From Geosiphon pyriformis uo1 (Eukaryota > Fungi > Glomeromycota): a stretch of 64,000 bases of DNA. The notes beneath the pieces were generated by a model. The model worked only from the letters and a program-made list of their open reading frames with translations. It was not told the DNA's origin and searched no databases. The position numbers and the translations under genes are program-made. Location: the NCBI GenBank assembly GCA_016748015.1, contig JAAOMT010000003.1:1244373-1308372 (forward strand), read 5' to 3'. This document shows, piece after piece, positions 50,350 through 64,000 of this stretch (the stretch's first letter is position 1; every line of letters begins with the position of its first letter).

Positions 50350-51005
50350 AAACGTGTTTGTCTGAAATTAAATACTTGTGCAAAGGCAAGGCCTGCAAAT
50401 TCACATACCATAACTCGTACAGGTGTCAGTAATCCCACTATCCCAGAACCCTAATACCAAAATTTTCATTGTTGTAATCGTTCCGTGAAAATAGCTCACG
50501 AAATTAACTGGATGAAGAAACTTGAAATTCTGTATGAAATCACGATTGCGTAATTTTTAATCTAAAACATCCCATGAATCTCAGAACGCAGGGAAAAATT
50601 TAGTATAACTTCTCAAATGCCGATATCACCCCCTGTGTCTCCAGTGCAAAGCAATAACAAGTTTTCGAGCGACAAAACAACTCCTCACTCAATTTTCAAC
50701 CTAGGAACTCCTCGACGGTATCAGGTCAGGTATCAATTTCAAAGGATCGGGACTTAAGATTCTATTGGAACGAACAAGCTGCGAGATGGCGGCGGTTTGC
50801 GATATCTTGCCCCAGAAATTTTAATAGGAGGAACCTGATCTGCTGCAACCGATATTTACAGTTTTGGGATGATTATGTATAGCGTAGCAACCGGAAAAAG
50901 GACATTTTTTAATTGCAACCACGATGAAAAGTTACCCTCGAAGATTTATGGCGGCACACGTTCTAAAGTTTCGAAAGATATTCCCGAGAGTTACAGCATC
51001 CTCTT
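50350..51005 (+). pseudogene. TKL-type protein kinase remnant
   Basis: LSQNPNTKIFIVV; NWMKKLEILYEI; YLAPEILIGGT*SAATDIYSFGMIMYSVATGKRTF..HD..IYGG.R (subdomains IV-X) with stops and frameshifts. Confidence 0.8.
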
Positions 51006-51200
51006 ACCCTTCAAAAAGCAGTACTATTCCAGACCCAAATATTAATAATAATAGAAATGACGACAAAAATTCCACAAATAATGTTATGACTTCAAATAGT
51101 AGCAAAACGACAACCACAATATTAATGAAAACGAATTGTCTCAAATGTTGTCTCTATTTTCCAAGTGTGCTTTTCTATTAGGGGAAATTGAAATCTACTA

Positions 51201-52030
51201 CTAAGGAAAATTTAATTCTTTGTTGCGCATCACGTTAGCCTCATATTTTTCTTCAACATTATCGTCCTTGTCAAAAATATTATTTTGAATGGCAATAAGT
51301 ATAGTATGAAGAGCAGAAGGGCCTTTTTCATGTATGGGAAAAGGTATTATTTCGGTTTCTTCATGATTGGTCTTTTCTTCGACTTTGGGAGGATAAATAT
51401 CCAAATCATAGAGTTGTTTGCCTGCTACTGTCATTGCTATTGGAAAGCAACTCAAAATCGGCAGGGTAATTTCTTTCATAGTATCATCATCCTCGAAATT
51501 GTAGGATTTTTCTAGTTCCTTTTTGATTACTGGAGCAAAATCGCTTTCAATTAATAATAGAATATCTACAAGAAAAGATTGAGAAGGTCCTCACATTCTT
51601 CATCGGTGAAATCATTATCGTCACTGTCAACGGCTTCAATAGACCGCGATAAACATTGTCTTCAAGTGACACATCATCTGCTGTAGCTATAGATAACATT
51701 CAAAAACAATTTGATAAAAGAAATACAATAAATATGAATTTATTTACCATCTTTGCCCAATTCTGTTGTCATTCTCCATTTCACCACTTCAAGAATTTCA
51801 GGTTTCTGTTCGATGACGACTCACGGTATAACCAAATGCTTCAGCTCTTCATCTAATTCGGCTCTCTTTGCGATTTGAGCATTACTAATTTCTTTTTCAT
51901 GACTTTTTAAATCTAGCTTATCAGTTCTAACTTCTTGAGATATTGATAAGTAGAGAGGTTCTGCCATTTCCATTCTTTTTGTTTTTACAAATTGTATTTT
52001 TCTATCATCAGAGGAAAATTAATTTTTAGT
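51201..52030 (-). pseudogene. Unidentified degraded coding sequence with one apparent intron
   Basis: Charged reading frames (MEMAEPLYLSISQEVRTDK..., MKEITLPILSCFPIAMTV...), gtaaat...tatag intron at ~51682-51747, in-frame stops; family not recognised. Confidence 0.35.
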
Positions 52031-52302
52031 AGAATGAAATTATAGTGCAGTTCCTGAGTCAAATGAAAGTCATGGAACATTGTATAATTTTTATTTTAGT
52101 TAAATAGTTCTTCTTCATCTTTTTAATACACTTCTTGATAGGCTTAAAGAATATTAGTAACCCAATTTTTTGCAAAATTATTTGTCATTCTTTTTGTAAT
52201 TCAATAAATAATTTGCAATTATTGCAATTGTAATAATAACTGTAATTATTTCTAACTATTATAATTATTCCAATTAAATTATTTACAATAAGTGTAACTT
52301 TT

Positions 52303-52429
<127 letters not shown>

Positions 52430-52720
52430 CATTTTTAATATGCAATTATTGTAATTAATTACATTTAATTTACAACTTATAATTTTTAAAAATTACTCTT
52501 CAAATAATATTAAAAAAACAGTTTTATAAAAATGATACAGATTCTTAATTGTATATGATTTTTAATTAATAACACAATATTAGTTAATAATAATTAAATT
52601 TTAATTAAAATAACATTTTTAAAGTTTCAAAATTTTGAACAAAAATAATATAATAACAAGTTAATAATTAATTAATTAAAGTAAATAAAAAAATCATTTA
52701 GTATTAAGATTTTTTAATTA

Positions 52721-52777
<57 letters not shown>
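52721..52777 (+). repeat. (ATT)n microsatellite, ~19 units
   Basis: Read directly. Confidence 0.97.
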
Positions 52778-52900
52778 TAGTTTTATATATGATTTTTTTT
52801 AAAAATAATGATAATAAATAAAATAAACGGATTAAATCAAATATTCTTATAATTATTAAACATGAATTATTGTTAACTTTTATTATTTTATTTTATTTTT

Positions 52901-53085
52901 TGTAGTTGGTGTGGAAAACATCCAAAACATTGGAGGATCGGGGATATATATAGAGATGAAAATGGCGCTCGGGAAATTTTTCTCCGGGCATTGCTTGATG
53001 GAGTCTTGATTCTCTCTGGAGATCATGCAGGAAATAGTAGCAATGCTTAACATTGTTTATTATTGATATATTACAATCCATCCGG
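52901..53085 (+). mobile_element. Short Fanzor2 3'-end copy (ZnF remnant, RuvC-III, stop, right end); putative omegaRNA scaffold region
   Basis: CSWCG(+1 nt)NIQNIGGSGIY..RDENGAREIFLRALLDGVLILSGDHAGNSSNA* (stop 53048-53050). Similarity to the 41792-42000 copy ends 35 nt after the stop, at ...atccatccGG. Confidence 0.82.
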
Positions 53086-53349
53086 GCCATCATCATGCTG
53101 TCTTACCATCTCGACAAAGTACAAATTCACGCTGCGCCTCTTGTGGGAAGAAAGGCTTGTTTGGCCAAGCATTATTTTTTCAGACTTCTGCTAAATTGTT
53201 AAGTATTATAGAAGGGAGATGATGTATAAGAAATAATGAAATTCAATATATACATGTATATATATAATAATTATAACGATATTTTATTAACAATCTAAAA
53301 TTAAAATGACTATAGTATTTTTGGTGACTTCGGTTTATCAAGAGTGACT

Positions 53350-54026
53350 ATGTATTATGGATTTGTACTGTATCTGGTTTCAATTATGGCATATGGTATT
53401 AGGCGACAATATTTTTTTTGAATATCTGAATTAAACCAATTTTTTTGCCGGAAACTTGGTATAATTTTCATTTTGTTATATTTGAGATATAGTAATCTAT
53501 TTAATATGGGCTTATTTGCCTGATGAAGCGCTCATTTCATTGGGGATTACATATTATCCCAGCAGGTTAGTTGTCTGCGAGTCACTCCAAAGAAACTTGT
53601 AGGGTTGACCTCATTAATCGATCCCTTAATACTTTTTTGGATCAGATACTGGGCCCTCGCACTACCTGTTTGGACATTTGTTCTCATATTATTTATCTAC
53701 ATCGCTTTCATCTCAATTAACTTTTTAAATACGGCGCCTTTGGATTCGTTCAATACCATCACCGGTATTTCTCTATTTTCAGTCTAAATTTCAAGAGTTA
53801 AAAAATTTTTTATTAATTCTTTTTTTAATACCTAGATGATTATGCAAATATTGGTCAAGATCTTTCGCGATTATCCGTCATTAAGGATGATTTTGTCCCA
53901 GAATTACATGATATACCAATTGGGATCGTTAACGCTTGTCTATACCAAAATATAGAAGGAATCAACGATGGTCAAGGAAATCACGAAAATGTAGATGGTG
54001 ATTATTTCCGGATGTCTCACTCTTAA
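53350..54026 (+). CDS. GPI19: GPI-GlcNAc transferase subunit PIG-P/Gpi19, 4 exons (start uncertain)
   Basis: YYGFVLYL / YLIWAYLPDEALISLGITYYPSR / YWALALPVW...NTAPLDSFNTIT / DD...VPELHDIPIGIVNACLY; GT-AG introns; TAA at 54024-54026. Confidence 0.9.
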
Positions 54027-55552
54027 AGGCTGATGAAGATCATTCATTGGGTAAGTTTTAATTAGAAGTTTAAATAGTAAAAAAAAAAATATGGCATTGA
54101 TTTTACTTATTCACAAATGTGTGTCCAAATATGATTACAATAAATAATTATGTTAAAATTTTATTTTATTATTATTTTTCTGTATTCATTTTTAACTTTT
54201 AGAATCTTGCAAAAATAAATATTGTTTTTTTTTTTTTTTTTTACTTAACTTTTTAAATTCGAATATTGTCATTTTTATTTTAGTTTTATTACTTTTATGT
54301 TTATATTTTTATATATATAAAATGATAAAATAAATTTTAATTTTTAATATATAACAATATTATTTTTTAAACACTTAAAATAATGAAATTTTTATTATTT
54401 ATTGTAAATAATGAAATTTTTATTATTTATTGTAAATAATAAAACTGCTTATTAAATAATCTAAAATTTTTTTAAAATACAGTTTACATTTTTTATGTTC
54501 AAATGTGTTAAATACTTTTATAATAAACAAAAAAAAACTAATTACATTAATTTAATTGTTTTTTTATTAAATACAAACTTTCTATTTAATTTACTTTTTT
54601 TAAAGCACATTTTACAAAAATTATTTTACTTACAAATGTTTTCAATATCCAAAATTATAAATTAAAAAAAGCTGGTTTTAGCTGGGGAGATAAAAAATCA
54701 TATTTTATAGTTTTTTCTTAAAGTCATTCTTGAATACTGCTTTATTTTAAAAACTAAAGACAGTATTCTATAAAACTTTCCAATAAAAAAGAGAGTAATT
54801 ATATATTTTTTTCGCATTAGTAAACAAAATAGTTAAAACCAAAAAAGTATTGCCTTTAAATTTGAATCTGAGAAAAATTGGAACGCTCATAATCCTTCAG
54901 GCCTATTACAAGATGTATCATGTTATTATTATATAAAATAATAATATTTTTTTCTCTGTTTTCACAATACAATCAGTTTAAGAAAGTGGAGAATATATAT
55001 TTAGATTTTATTAACTTAATTTTAGATATAATCTACCATAATCGTAGGATAATTTTGTTAACAAAAGATTTAGGGTCACAAAATTGAAAATAAAATGTAT
55101 AGATTTTTAATCATAGAATTTACCAAAGAATATTTACAAGCAACGAAAAATGATCACTTATCCCTTTTTACTTCGTCGTCTTAAAAATGGCGGTAAAAAT
55201 GTTTTTCAATAAATATTCCAAATTTTGTAATACTTAATCTCCCACAAAAAGTGATCCGTTAAATCTCAGTGATTTATTCAATTGAACACAATTGTTTCAG
55301 ATTTCTTGGTCAGTTATTTTTTGTTTTTCATACTGACAGTTCCATTTGAAAAGTGCCCATTTATTTTTTTAAAAAGCGTATATGAAAAACTATAGAATTA
55401 TAACATATAAGATATACAAAGGCCTTAACACAGAAAATACTCGGAGCAGTGTGTCTAGCAGTAGTTGTTTTAACAACACTTTACAATTTCCGAACCGTTG
55501 CGCTTGAAAATAAAGGCTAGAAGCGCAAAAAGCAGCCGTGAAAAATTCCATT

Positions 55553-55553
55553 C

Positions 55554-55584
<31 letters not shown>
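55553..55584 (+). repeat. (TAG)n microsatellite
   Basis: Read directly. Confidence 0.9.
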
Positions 55585-57695
55585 TATTAGTGATATAGAA
55601 ACTGGAAAGTAATGAATTTTAGTTTTGAACATTTCAAAGAGCTGATATAAATGACTTTTAAAGAATGTATATATCCCATTTAATATATATAAAGATCCAT
55701 TTTTGCCCAGCTAACTTATCGCCTTTTTATATCTGCCTTAACGTTATTATGCTATTTTTTTGCTAGCTCCTCTTAGCCCTCAGCCTGCCAAGCCTGCCAC
55801 AAAGATTGAAAATAATTTAGATAGTGATTAACCCAAAATTTTCGAGATGAAATGGTTATGATTATTATCTAATGAAAGTAAATTAAACATTAACATGATT
55901 AAGTTTCATGTTATACTGAAGTTAAAAATCAACTAAAAATATGTTCTGTAGCCTTATCAAAAATTTTATAAGCTTTTTCATAAAGTCTTTAAAATGCTCA
56001 AAATATTATATTACTTGACTATAATGTCTTTGGATAGATGAATAGTTTCCGAATAGAAAATATTTATGAAAAAACACATTAGTAGCCAAGCGTCATTTCT
56101 TAACCTTCTTTTCAGCTATTAGAAATAACTTTAATTTCTCAAAGCCAATTTGTGTTTTTCTTCCCAAAGTCAATAAAAAGCCACAGGGAATTATTTTTAC
56201 ACTGGAAAATTCTATTTTTCAAGATTTCTTTGATATTTAAAAATTTACATAAAAACCGAATATTTTTCTGAATTTTTTTTAATATTAAGTTTTGATTAGG
56301 AGTTTTATATAACTATAATATTAAAAACATAATATTTCTCAAAAAATCATATTTTATTATTACCAAAATATCTTAAAAGTAATCAATTTTAAGTATCAGA
56401 AAATATTATTTAAAATTACTTGAAAACCTAATTAAACTAATTTAAACCAAATTTCAGGCTTTTTTTTCTGAATTATATAACTAAAACAAAAAACCTTTTT
56501 TTAAATTTAATCATATTCTAATTAAAGAATTATCTCCTTTATTTATTATTAATAAAAATTAAATTAAATTAACCACAAAATATTACCAAAATGGCAAAAA
56601 ATTTGATTTAAATTAAATAATGTTATTATATAAAAAAACCAAAATTAAAAATTAAAAACTGCAATAAAAATTTATAACCAAATCTGAATCAAACTAACTA
56701 ATTAATTAAATTAAAAATATGTTTCAATTTTAATTACCAAAAAAAAATTCCAAATTATTGTACACAATAATAAATGTAATTTTTCTACAATTTTTATTAT
56801 AATGTATATACATGTACTTTTTTACATGTAATTAACTATTTGAACCAATTAAAACTATTTTACAAAAATGCATTTTGTTTTTAAAATTTAAAATATTATT
56901 TATTTTAATCTTATAAACTATAAAACTTTTTTTTTCTATTTTAATATTTTAATTATATAAAATTTTATTTTTAGTCATAAAAATATTAAAAATATTAAAA
57001 TTAAAGCAAATTCAATTTTTTTTAGCAAGATAATTAATAGTTTTTATAAATATTAATATCATTAAAACTAAATTTTAAACTTGTGTTTTTAATAAAAACA
57101 AATTTTTATTTTATTTTCTATTAAATTTTACAAAAATAATTACAAAAACATTAAGTAAAAAAAAATTTAATTAATTTCATAAATTACAAAATTGAATAAA
57201 AATACCAAAGTCTTATTACTTTTAAATATAAAATTAACAACACAGTACTTAATTTTAAATTAGCATTTTGATTATATTGTCTAATACAAATAAATCTAAT
57301 TAAATATCACAAAATAGTGAATTGAATAATTAAATTAAATATTTTAAATTATACAATTAACTAAATAAATAACAATAAATTAAACTTTTATTATTATTAT
57401 TATTATTATTATTATAATAAAGAGTTAAACTAAATAATACATTTAAAAACATGATAAATATTGAAATTACATTAATATTATTTTTATTTTTAATATTTAT
57501 TTGTTTACATTTTTTATATATTTATTTAATAATAGTTTTTTTTATTTTTATATTTATAATTGTTGTTTTATTTGCAATAATAATAACAATAAAACTTTTA
57601 TTAAAGCTGGTTTTAATTAATATTTAGCTAAATTGTTTAATATATTAAATTTTAATTATTTATTATTAGTTTTAAATACAAAAAAATTATATATA

Positions 57696-60600
57696 TTTTT
57701 TTTATTATCATTTAATAAGTGAGGTCCAAATGCTACCTAGCACTATACATCATACAAATGATCTAAACTAGGCGCGAATCATGCACTTTCTATACATGAC
57801 CAGCCACTCGAGCCAGTCAGAACAACACTACATACCTATATGCATAGAAACTGTGTCCCCAATACCCGAAAAAAATAAACAAAGCTTACAAAACCCAAAA
57901 CTAACCCCAAAAGCTTCAGCCACACTCAACAATCTAATCACACCAGCCAAAAACGCCAAAGACAAACTGGAAATTAATGCAGAAATGGACCCATCACGTG
58001 GAATCAAACCATGCTTCTCCATAAATGCCTGGTGTTTGGCACGGACCAACCAAATATCATCCCGAAACGTGAGACAAAACTCATGCACAAAGCTCACAAT
58101 CTTTTTAGTACCTTCCTTAGAATTTTTAAAAACTGAGACAGACTCACAAAACCAGTCATCAAAAACAAAGCCCTTACACAGAGCAACACCAATTTTAACC
58201 TCAGAAATACAAGAAGCCAACATCTGCAAGACACATGAAGAAGAGCGAGATAGACCAAAAAGAGCCTCCCAAGCTGAAGCATGAGCATCCAACAAACAAA
58301 CACGGTCAGTAATATCATGAGGACACGAAAAGACATGATCCGAGATCTCAACATTACCACAGAACAGACAGACCACACTGGAGTATCTCCTATCATATAA
58401 GCGCTTGCGCACAGCAACAGGAAGCCAAAAATGAAGAGCCTTCATAAAGTAAGTACGACAGCTTGCCGTGCGCATACTGGTGAAACCGGAGACCAAGTGA
58501 GAATTAGTGTGCCACACCAAAAAAGACTTAAACCAATTGATATCAGCATGCAAACTAGCAGCCACAATGCAAGAACCAACTCCAATCTCCCAATGAGCAC
58601 AATTAACTGATTGGAAAACATTACGAACAAAGTGTCTAGAATTACCAGAAACTGCCATACTACCAGTACACAGAAACTGTTCACTGACTAAATGAGACAG
58701 ACGCCAAGCAGATAGAGCAGTGTCTATGGCAAGTGCATCAGCATGCTTATTGTCTAAGACACCTAAATGACCTTTTACCTTAACCCAATTCACATCCAAA
58801 TTTTTTTGACGAATAATGGTAGCAATGTGGCGACGTTCAATCCAACAGCAGTTCTTGAAATCTGGATAAATTAATGAAAACTCCGACCTGTATGCATCTA
58901 AAGTGGCTTGGCTATCTGAAAACAAGTTAATCGAACGAGAAGAAAGAACACACTCAAGGACCAAAGCTATGGCTTGCAGCTCCGCCATAATAGAAGAAAC
59001 CAAACCAGACACCCCAACACCCAAATCCAAGTTAATGTCCTCAAAAAAAATGGCAGCACCTGCTTTCATGTCAATAGTGCCCAGACCAGACAGAAACCTA
59101 TCCGTATACACAGAAAGGCAGGCAGCATCAATAGTTAGCAGAGTGTCACAAACTACACCAAAATCATGAGAAAAACAAACATCTGACACAGCACAATCAT
59201 CCAACAAAGAAAAACTTGAGGAGAGGGAAACAACACCACCAAGAAAGTGAATGGAGAGATCAAACCAGAAAGAGATTGGGCCATGAGAGTTCAGTCTCTT
59301 CCAACACTTGAAGGTCCCCCAGCTGAAAACATTACCATCTCTGCCACAAAACTGTTCCACAAAAGCAATTCCATAATGCCTGAGCAAAGAGACACACTTG
59401 AAAAAACAGGGTTCACCAAGAACCAAGGACATAGATGTACTGCACCGACAGCAAAAAGCACAAGCCAGAGAGCCACCCAAAGACAAATCATATCCAGAAA
59501 AAATACGAACCACACCAGCCAAAAAATTGTTTGAGGGATTGACACCAATACGAAATGAAAATAGCAAAGAATAACACGGGTGCCAGCTGAAGACTTAAAG
59601 GTTATGAGACCTATGAGAAAAAAGCCAACCCAAAATACCAGTAGAATTCGCAAAAGTAACAGCAAATGTCAATTTACTCTTAGCCTGAATTTGCTCAAAA
59701 GCCTTCAGACCATATAATAAAGGGTGGTGCAGTGTATTGTTGGGGAAATCACGGGGCAACCCAAACTTTGATTTCAAGATCTTGCATATTAGAGCATTCC
59801 ATTTGTTACAAACACCCACAGAAACAAAACTGAACTGAGTCTTATAGCAGATAATAGAAAAAAGAACTGTAGACACCAAATACACACATTGTTTATCAGA
59901 AACCACCTTCTTCAAAACCAGATTCACAAAAAACCTTACATTCGCCTGGGCTTTAGCTAAACTGGGCTTCGAAAGACCCTCGGAAGATAAAAAAATGCTT
60001 AGGTAATGATGAGATTCCCCTTTCTTGGCAATAGAGATAGGCACACCACTGACAGTTAAATGAGGGTCTGACACCCAGCAATTGATAGGGATGGTTACTG
60101 TTTTGTTGTTATTTATAGAAATATTGTTAAATCTAAAAAACTTACTAGTAACATCAAGAATGTGTTGTGTAGTAGCTTGGCTGCTACCAACCCAAATAGT
60201 ATCATCGACAAAAGCACCAGCAGCAAGAAACAAAGACAGCCCAGCCCGAGGATCTGCCCGGCCAGTTTTGGATATAAAATGAGAATTCAACCTGTAGCCA
60301 TACACACTATCTTGTCTTTTGACTTCACACAAGAGTGAATCATAGAATATACACCAGAGAAAAGAAGAGAAAACTTCCCCTTGATCTAGCCCATCATGAA
60401 CACAATACCCATCAGTCAAGCTGAAGTCAGTCATCACTCTGTTAACACGACCATTGTGAATGCTACCAAAAAATCTAATAAACTTATCACACATCTTAAT
60501 TCTGACCAGACTCCTCCTAAGATGTTTCCAACCAACCAAGTCGTAAGCTTTATGCATGTTCTGTAAAACCAGTCAGAGTTCTCAGTTTTTCTTTAGAGCA

Positions 60601-63600
60601 TCTTCAATCACTGATTCTACAGCAAAAATAGGAGACTGCGTTTACATACCCTTTAAAACTGAAAAATTGTCCCCACGAAGAACATCAAAAGTGTTGCAAG
60701 CCGAAAAAATCCTATCTGAGAAGATCTTGGAAAAAATCTTGTGGGCCATTTCAATTAGAGCAATAGAACAAGTGTTCATGAGAACTCCCTTCTATTCATA
60801 TGGTTTAGGAATCATGAAACCCAAGCTTCTCTCCAAGGTCCAGGAATAGACTCACTAACTAAACATAGGTTCAAAAGCACCAGAAGCATATCCAAAATTG
60901 ATTTGTCACAACGCTTCTACAATTCGTTAGAGATACCAGAGAGACCAGCCACTTTTCCATCAAGAAGATCCATGACGATTGCCAACATCTCATCAAAACT
61001 AATCAGACACATGACACCAGAGAAAGCACCATCAAAAACATGCTCCAGAGACCAATATTGGCGAACCCAATTACCAGAGATGTCAGAAACCACCCTATGC
61101 TTTCTGGTCCACCCCTCCATAATTTTATCCACCTTCGATTTGACAGAGTCAGGCTCCAAAACCAACTCATCTCTCACAACCAAATGATCTAAGACCACCT
61201 TGCGAAAAGGATGCTCCAAAACACTCTTAATGGTGTGACTTTTGTTTAGTTCAAAACTCTCTATTCTCTTACTAATAGTCTGCTTGATCGAAGATTCCTC
61301 AGCGCATTTGGATTCCAACAACTTAGAAGCACAGTACAACTTCCTTGCTTTGGCCAGTGCAGAACAAATAGGATTAAAACCAGAACCAGAAAGGAACAGA
61401 GATTTCACCACTGATACACCAGAGGAATTAAGCTTATTCCATGTCTCTAACAACAAAGCAAAATCTTCACTGGAAACCAAGCGAGAATTCCTAACCAGCT
61501 TAGACACCAGCAGCTCCAGTTTATGAAACTTAGACAAGACCTTATTAAAAACACTATCAAAACTCTTGAACCATTTTTTTTTGAAAGTTCCATTCGTTGA
61601 AAGAACCATAATTTTTCGAACAACATTCCATATCTCATCCATATCTGAAAATTTCTTAGCCATAACAAAAGCATCTGAAAACATAGAAGCATTATCAGCC
61701 GTGGCATTCTTGAACTCCAACTATTTTACCTTACTGGCACATTTAATGTCAAATTTCCAACGATCCCTGTTGGCCTGTTTGTACAATAAAGATAGCTGCA
61801 CATCCAATAACCCACCTATACCCACAGACACAGAAACAGCCTTATAATCAGTATCAAAAAAGTCATCAATACCAGCTACACTGTGATTCACAACTGTGTT
61901 AATCAAATTAAAGGAGACAAAAATGTAGTCAATTGTCTTGGCAACACCATGAGAATTGCACCAAGTAGGAGATTTCACAAACGAACTCCCACCCAAAGAG
62001 TTGACCAAACCCAAATCAAAACACTTGTTGAAACTGGCACATTTGTGAGAACCATCCTCATTGAAATCACCACCAAGAATGATAAAAGAAGATTTATTTA
62101 TCACTTTAGCAATGAAAAAGTTGATATTACCAGCCTGAGAGAAACGAACTACCAAAGAAGCACCAGCATACAGCCCTAGAATTGACACAGAAAGTTTGTT
62201 CCTAAAAAGCAGCCTCACTGACAAGAGCTGACCAGGAACCTCTGAAACCTTGCACACATGTCTCGCCAACAAAGAGTTCAAAATAATAGCAACACCAGAT
62301 CCCATGTGATCAGAATCCAGATCAGAAGTAAAAATGCGAATGCCATCAAACCTATCAGCAATTCAAGGACGAATTTTCCCCTTTAACTTTGTTTCAGTGA
62401 CAATAGAAACCAGATTGTTCATATCCTTATGCCAATGCACAATGTCTGCCTGCTTTGCACAATTGTTCATACTTCTGACATTGCATGTGGCAATCTTCCA
62501 AACTAAATGAGTCATTGAGATAACATGAGAGCTGACAAACCCAAACCAGAACACAGAAGATTCAACTTATCCAAAACTGAACCGACTGAAGCTTCCAAAG
62601 TGACCAATTTTGTCTCCAAACCATCCACCTTGGCAGTAAGAACCTTAGAACCACTAGTGCTGAGGTTGACAACAGCATCATTAGCGACAAAGAGAGTAAT
62701 ACCAGAAGAACTTAAAGCATTGTTTACAATCATATCCGAATCCACTTCAGAATTCAAAGCTGCAGAAACAACAGAAGTGGAAACCATGAAAGAAGGAACT
62801 AAGGGAACCACACCAAAGGAATCCAACCTAACCAAGATGCCAGAAACACAGTCAGCCAAAAGCTCCAAAGAGTGTTCCAAAATTGCCAAACGATCATTCA
62901 AATGGGACACAACAAGAGGATCAGAGATTGCTAAAGGATGAACCAAACCAGAATGCAAATCATAACCAGAAGAACTAGAAAGAAACACATAGAAGGGGGT
63001 GCCACTAGCAACTTGGGCCCATGTCTTGCCACCAAACAAAACTGGATGAGCAATAGAAGCTGATTTTTTTTTATATATACCAGCCAGGTGAATCCGATCC
63101 TGATCAGAAACTACCCTTTTCTCACGAGCACCAGAACTTCCATCCACAAGACAATCAGCATGGATATAACCAAATTGTTTGCACTTGGCACAGCTAGCCA
63201 AAACAAGACTAGTCTAACGCAAACTAACACTCTTGAAAATCGGAATGGTACTAATAGCAGCCAACTTGGCAGCCTTATCATTAAAACAAACAATTGCACA
63301 TTTATTGCGAACATAAGAGACAGAATTGCGACCAATGAAACATGTCTTCTCATTATAAGATTCCAACAAATCAGAAAGATCATAGGCTGTTGTTCCCACT
63401 GGCAAAGTATACAACAAAGCCCGATGCCGATTCCTAGAAACCCACGATTGTTTATCTTCAGTTGCCAAAGCCACTCGCACAGAATCCTTACCCATGAAAA
63501 CTGACCATTTGGAAGCAACCATGCCAGCTATTTCAGCTGACTTAAACTCCACCAAGATCTTTTGCCATAGACCAACTAACTGCATTCTGATTGAAACAAT

Positions 63601-64000
63601 CTCACCAAACTTGGAAAAAACTGATTTCACAGCTGATTTGGGAAGATTGACTGAAATCTCCTTGACCACAATTTCCTGATTTGAACGACTGTTTATTTTT
63701 CTTAGCTCATTATTAACTAAAATTTTCCCACTGACAGCCAAACTCTTTGCCTTATTCATACTAGCTTCTGAAGTGAAAGTAGATCTGATGATTTCAGGAA
63801 ACTTTGAGGAAGTGGAGGCCCCCCCAAAACCATCAACATGATAAAAATTTTTTTTGATTGAGACCAACTTATCACCATTAATTTTGCCAGGAATGGCAGA
63901 TAGCTCAATATCTAATGCAAATGATTTTGACGAATTAAAATTCCATTTCTCTAGTGCACGTGACCCGATTGGAGGAAGGTGAATAGATCCATAAAATTTG
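57696..64000 (-). mobile_element. LINE C, same family; 5' end lies beyond the window
   Basis: T-run and 3' motif aagtgaggtccaa at ~57696-57730. ORF2 fragments 57828..62515 (IATCNVR, GGDFNE, AFVDDTIW, VYTD, VKGHLG, CLFCG) and ORF1 fragments 62512..64000 (CAKCKQFGY). Confidence 0.93.

Noticed and set aside
50232-50438. N-terminal part of track ORF 50094..50438
   Set aside because: Starts at a non-ATG codon and overlaps the kinase remnant antisense; the ATG at 50231 is the more plausible Fanzor start
52893-53096. 67-aa minus-strand ORF
   Set aside because: Antisense to the Fanzor 3' remnant; the plus strand carries the motifs
54376-54440. 28-bp tandem duplication
   Set aside because: Ordinary slippage duplication in AT-rich DNA
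54900-57690. Moderately complex then AT-rich region, including ORF 55390..55632
   Set aside because: The ORF is driven by the (TAG)n repeat; no gene, RNA or TE family could be recognised by eye

Overview
Eukaryotic, almost certainly fungal DNA. The GT-AG introns, SHO1, fungal-type ArgRS, PIG-P and TKL-type kinase remnant, together with the TE families, suggest Glomeromycotina (possibly Geosiphon-like); the taxon is an inference. A compact gene island (SHO1, arginyl-tRNA synthetase with an N-terminal GST-like domain, an intronless Met8-Met1 siroheme synthase fusion, a DENN/C1 protein) and a PIG-P gene lie among nested, decayed transposons. These are four minus-strand copies of one LINE family (APE-RT-RNase H), a 10.2 kb Ty3/Gypsy element inserted in one of them (dUTPase, integrase as a separate ORF, extra ORF3), and a solo LTR. 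At least part of the extremely AT-rich desert is fossil transposon sequence eroded by C>T/G>A change. Undoing those transitions by eye reveals the main hidden signal, largely missed by the ORF track: an IS607-type Fanzor2 (eukaryotic TnpB, RNA-guided nuclease family) gene split by a LINE at its YTSK|TCxxC motif (50231..48778 plus 42013..41827). A second, GC-preserved short copy of only its 3' end and putative omegaRNA region lies at about 52901-53085. All alignments and translations were done by eye; no searches were run.
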